From positions 1 to 45,569 of the forward strand of contig DATAFP010000039.1 in assembly GCA_036257415.1 (NCBI GenBank): a DNA stretch of 45,569 nucleotides, read 5' to 3'. How positions within the stretch are numbered: the first letter of the stretch is position 1; every line of letters starts with the position of its first letter. Origin of the DNA: Gemmatimonadales bacterium. Its GTDB lineage: Bacteria; Gemmatimonadota; Gemmatimonadetes; Gemmatimonadales; GWC2-71-9. A program made the translations under genes and the position numbers. Of this stretch, positions 43,337 through 45,569 are shown piece by piece. Below the pieces are notes generated by a model that worked only from the letters and a program-made list of their open reading frames with translations, was not told the origin of the DNA and did not search any database.

Positions 43337-44302
43337 CTACGGGATGTCGGTGCAGACGACGTGGAACGGGACTTCGGTCATTTGCCCTAGCACGACCGTG
43401 ACGGTCTTGGGATTGGCGCCGTCAACCGTGCAGTTCGGGGCGAGATCACTCAGGCCGTAGGTATGGCTTTCCGGCGTGACTTGCGCATGCTCGAAGGCGT
43501 CGTTCGGGCCGACGAAGACGGTGACCAAGCCATAGTAGTAGTAATCGACGTACTGGAGCAGTCTACCATCGAACAGCACGGTGTACCCGTTGGGATCGAG
43601 GTCCGCCCCCGTCGTTTGGGTGATGAGGCGGACGTCGCCGGTGAGCGCTGAGCATGCGAACTCGAGAACGACCCTCGTCGTATCGCGGGTCAGTCCACCG
43701 GCGGTGACGCTCACCGGGAAGCTGCCGGTCGGGTTCGGCACGCAATTGTGGCTCAGGTCGGCGAGTGATATCTGGTGGCTCCCGGGTGGGATGCCTTCCA
43801 GCCATACCGCCCCACCGATGTAGGCGGTCGTGGAATTCTCCTGCGGCTGTCCGTCGTCAACCACTACGGTGAATCCATTCGGATCGTAGTCGCGGCCCGA
43901 GGCCTGCGCCGTTACCTCGATCACTCCGGTAACCGCTCGGCATTCCACCCGGAACTGCACCTGGTTGACCAAGCCGGCCACTGCGGTTGCCTGAACCACG
44001 TCGGGACCTGAGACACTGCAGTTGGCCGGGAGCCCTTCCAGGTGCACGTCGTACACGCCCGGCACCAGGAGCAGGCTCGCGGAGCCGTTGACCGTAACGG
44101 TCTTCGACGTCGTGCCCGCGAGCACCTGGAAGACACTCCCGTGGTCGAGACCGCGCGTGGTGACAAACACACGCAGGTTCGCGGGTTCCGGGTCGGGATT
44201 CGTCGGCCCGTCACCGCCGCCGCAGCTGGCGGCGAGTAACCCGGCGATCATGGTCGCGAGGAGGCGCACGCGCGTTCGGAGAAGGAAGATGGCGCTCATC
44301 AT
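43337..44302 (-). CDS. triple-module Cys-paired lipoprotein, paralogue A
   Basis: Lipobox GLLAASC. Three roughly 95-aa modules each end in NC...F.V.C (FRVECRA, EFACSA, HVVCTDIP). Start/stop overlap with paralogue B. Confidence 0.65.
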   Translation of the reverse strand: MMSAIFLLRTRVRLLATMIAGLLAASCGGGDGPTNPDPEPANLRVFVTTRGLDHGSVFQVLAGTTSKTVTVNGSASLLLVPGVYDVHLEGLPANCSVSGPDVVQATAVAGLVNQVQFRVECRAVTGVIEVTAQASGRDYDPNGFTVVVDDGQPQENSTTAYIGGAVWLEGIPPGSHQISLADLSHNCVPNPTGSFPVSVTAGGLTRDTTRVVLEFACSALTGDVRLITQTTGADLDPNGYTVLFDGRLLQYVDYYYYGLVTVFVGPNDAFEHAQVTPESHTYGLSDLAPNCTVDGANPKTVTVVLGQMTEVPFHVVCTDIP

Positions 44303-45270
44303 GGGATGTCCGTGCAGACGATGACGAACCGCACTTCGGTCGTGTCGCCGCCAACCACGGTCATCGCCCGGGGGTTGCTGCCTTGCACCGCGCAGTTTGC
44401 GGCGATGTCACCGAGCTCGTAGGTATGGCTGCCGAGCCCAAGCCGTAGGTCAAAGAACTCGCCGGTCAGGTCCAAGCGTCTCGGCTCGGAGACGCAGTAG
44501 CCGTAGTAGTAGTGGTAGCAATTGGGGCCCTGCAGCAGGGTGCCGTCCCGCTTCAGCGTGTAACCGTTCGGGTCGAGGTGGGCTCCCGTCGTCTCCGTGA
44601 CGATCGCCACATCACCGGTGGTCGGCCGGCATGCGAACTGGAATGCGATTCTGCTCGTATCGCGGGTGAGCCCGCCTGCGGTGACGGTCACCGCCACAGG
44701 GGCGGGCGGGCTTGACGTGCAGTTATCGCTCACGCTGCCCAGCGTAACTTCGTGGTCTCCGGGTGGCACCCCATCAACCGTGTACGATCCGACCATGAAA
44801 GCTGTTGCCGTCATCGCCGACGGCGTGCCCGCGTCCACCAATACCAGGAGGCTCTGATCGTAGTCGCGGCCGGACGCAGTCATGGTGACTTCGATCGCGC
44901 CGGCCCGTGCGCGGCACTCAACCCGGAATTCAACTGTCTTGAGCTGACCTGCCACTACGGCGACCTGCACCGGATGCGCGCTCACCACGCGGCAGTTCTG
45001 GGACACATTTTCCAGCCGCACCTCGTAGGCTCCCGCCTTCAAGGGAAGACCCACCACGCCGTTTACCGGAACGAACGCCGATGTGGTGCCTGCTCGGACG
45101 CGGTAATTGCTGACCGTATCGACGCCGGTGGTGTGCACCTGTACCCGCAGGGTCGGGGGCTGCGGCTCCAAGCTCCCCCCGCCGTCACCATCACAGCTGG
45201 CGGTGCCCGCGACGGCAATCATCGCGGCGAGGAGGCGAGCGCCCAGTCGGGAAGCGTAGCTGGCACTCAT
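44299..45270 (-). CDS. triple-module Cys-paired lipoprotein, paralogue B
   Basis: ATG 45270 (ATGA overlap with the upstream stop) gives MSASYASRLGARLLAAMIAVAGTASC. It has the same three-module layout and the same C-terminal VCTDIP as paralogue A. Confidence 0.65.
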   Translation of the reverse strand: MSASYASRLGARLLAAMIAVAGTASCDGDGGGSLEPQPPTLRVQVHTTGVDTVSNYRVRAGTTSAFVPVNGVVGLPLKAGAYEVRLENVSQNCRVVSAHPVQVAVVAGQLKTVEFRVECRARAGAIEVTMTASGRDYDQSLLVLVDAGTPSAMTATAFMVGSYTVDGVPPGDHEVTLGSVSDNCTSSPPAPVAVTVTAGGLTRDTSRIAFQFACRPTTGDVAIVTETTGAHLDPNGYTLKRDGTLLQGPNCYHYYYGYCVSEPRRLDLTGEFFDLRLGLGSHTYELGDIAANCAVQGSNPRAMTVVGGDTTEVRFVIVCTDIP

Positions 45271-45569
45271 GGCGAGGACGTGCACGCGACGTTGAAGACG
45301 ACCTCAGTCGCGACGCCGACGACCACGGACACCGTACGCGGATTGGCGCCGCTGATGGTGCAGTTCGAGCTAATGTCCCTTAGCTCGACCGTACGACTGC
45401 CGGGAGATAACCGTTTGACGAGATAACTGCCGCTGGGGACCCGAAGGCGGAGCGGACCTTCGTAGGGCTCGTAGATCGGCTCGCCGTCCAGCGAAACAGT
45501 GTATCCATTCTTGTCGAGACTCTGGCCCGTGGTCGTCGCGCTCACGCGAAGATCACCCGTGATGGCCGC
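45267..45569 (-). CDS. triple-module lipoprotein, paralogue C, 3' fragment (continues beyond window)
   Basis: The frame is open to the window edge. TGDLRVSATTTGQSLDKNGYTV...NCTISGANPRTVSVVVGVATEVVFNVACTSSP matches module 3 of paralogues A and B. Confidence 0.6.
   Translation of the reverse strand, partial: AAITGDLRVSATTTGQSLDKNGYTVSLDGEPIYEPYEGPLRLRVPSGSYLVKRLSPGSRTVELRDISSNCTISGANPRTVSVVVGVATEVVFNVACTSSP

Noticed and set aside
1-45569. A search for CRISPR arrays, tRNA/rRNA genes, IS elements, integrases or prophage genes that would mark a mobile island.
   Set aside because: I found no regularly spaced repeats, no cloverleaf-like or rRNA-like segments in the short intergenic regions, and no transposase, integrase or phage-like ORFs. 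The window reads as core chromosome with a few eroding accessory genes.

Overview
This is a 45.6-kb, visibly very GC-rich bacterial chromosomal segment (composition judged by eye, not computed). The gene content suggests a soil Gemmatimonadota-like organism: many exported lipoproteins, a Ser/Thr kinase with a TolB-like/TPR tail, and an ECF sigma factor. That taxonomic guess is a low-confidence inference. About 50 densely packed protein-coding genes can be supported. Many junctions are 4-nt ATGA/GTGA stop/start overlaps. I could find no rRNA, tRNA, CRISPR array, transposase or integrase.

Recognisable content, left to right:
- TPR-like fragment, lipoprotein, DUF885, an O-antigen-ligase-like/TPR protein, an M48 peptidase and a rhodanese (SseA-like).
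- A large unknown membrane protein, then nfo-eutB-DUF4230.
- An aminotransferase followed by an ATP-grasp/GNAT/PhyH cassette.
- A decayed APC permease, DUF485-actP, a cupin and an Imm8-like orphan immunity gene.
- A decayed SnoaL-like gene, then an M20-cupin-S9 peptidase operon.
- A Ser/Thr kinase-GlcG-PrcB-YbjQ operon and a frameshifted HTTM-like gene.
- VOC, ChrB, a Tat-signal SufS-like enzyme that lacks the catalytic Cys, and an FRG-domain protein.
- PadR plus a micro-membrane protein, then an exported-protein/ECF-sigma/TM-YCII operon.
- An amidohydrolase, and an arylsulfotransferase-like gene preceded by a tandem array of three paralogous triple-module lipoproteins.

Best candidates for undescribed biology:
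- the ATP-grasp/GNAT/dioxygenase cassette;
- the ChrB / Cys-less exported SufS-like / FRG locus with its AT-rich repeat-bearing promoter;
- the sigma/TM-YCII module;
- the tandem Cys-paired lipoprotein array;
- the eutB gene without eutC.

All family assignments come from motif reading by eye and need HMM or BLAST confirmation.
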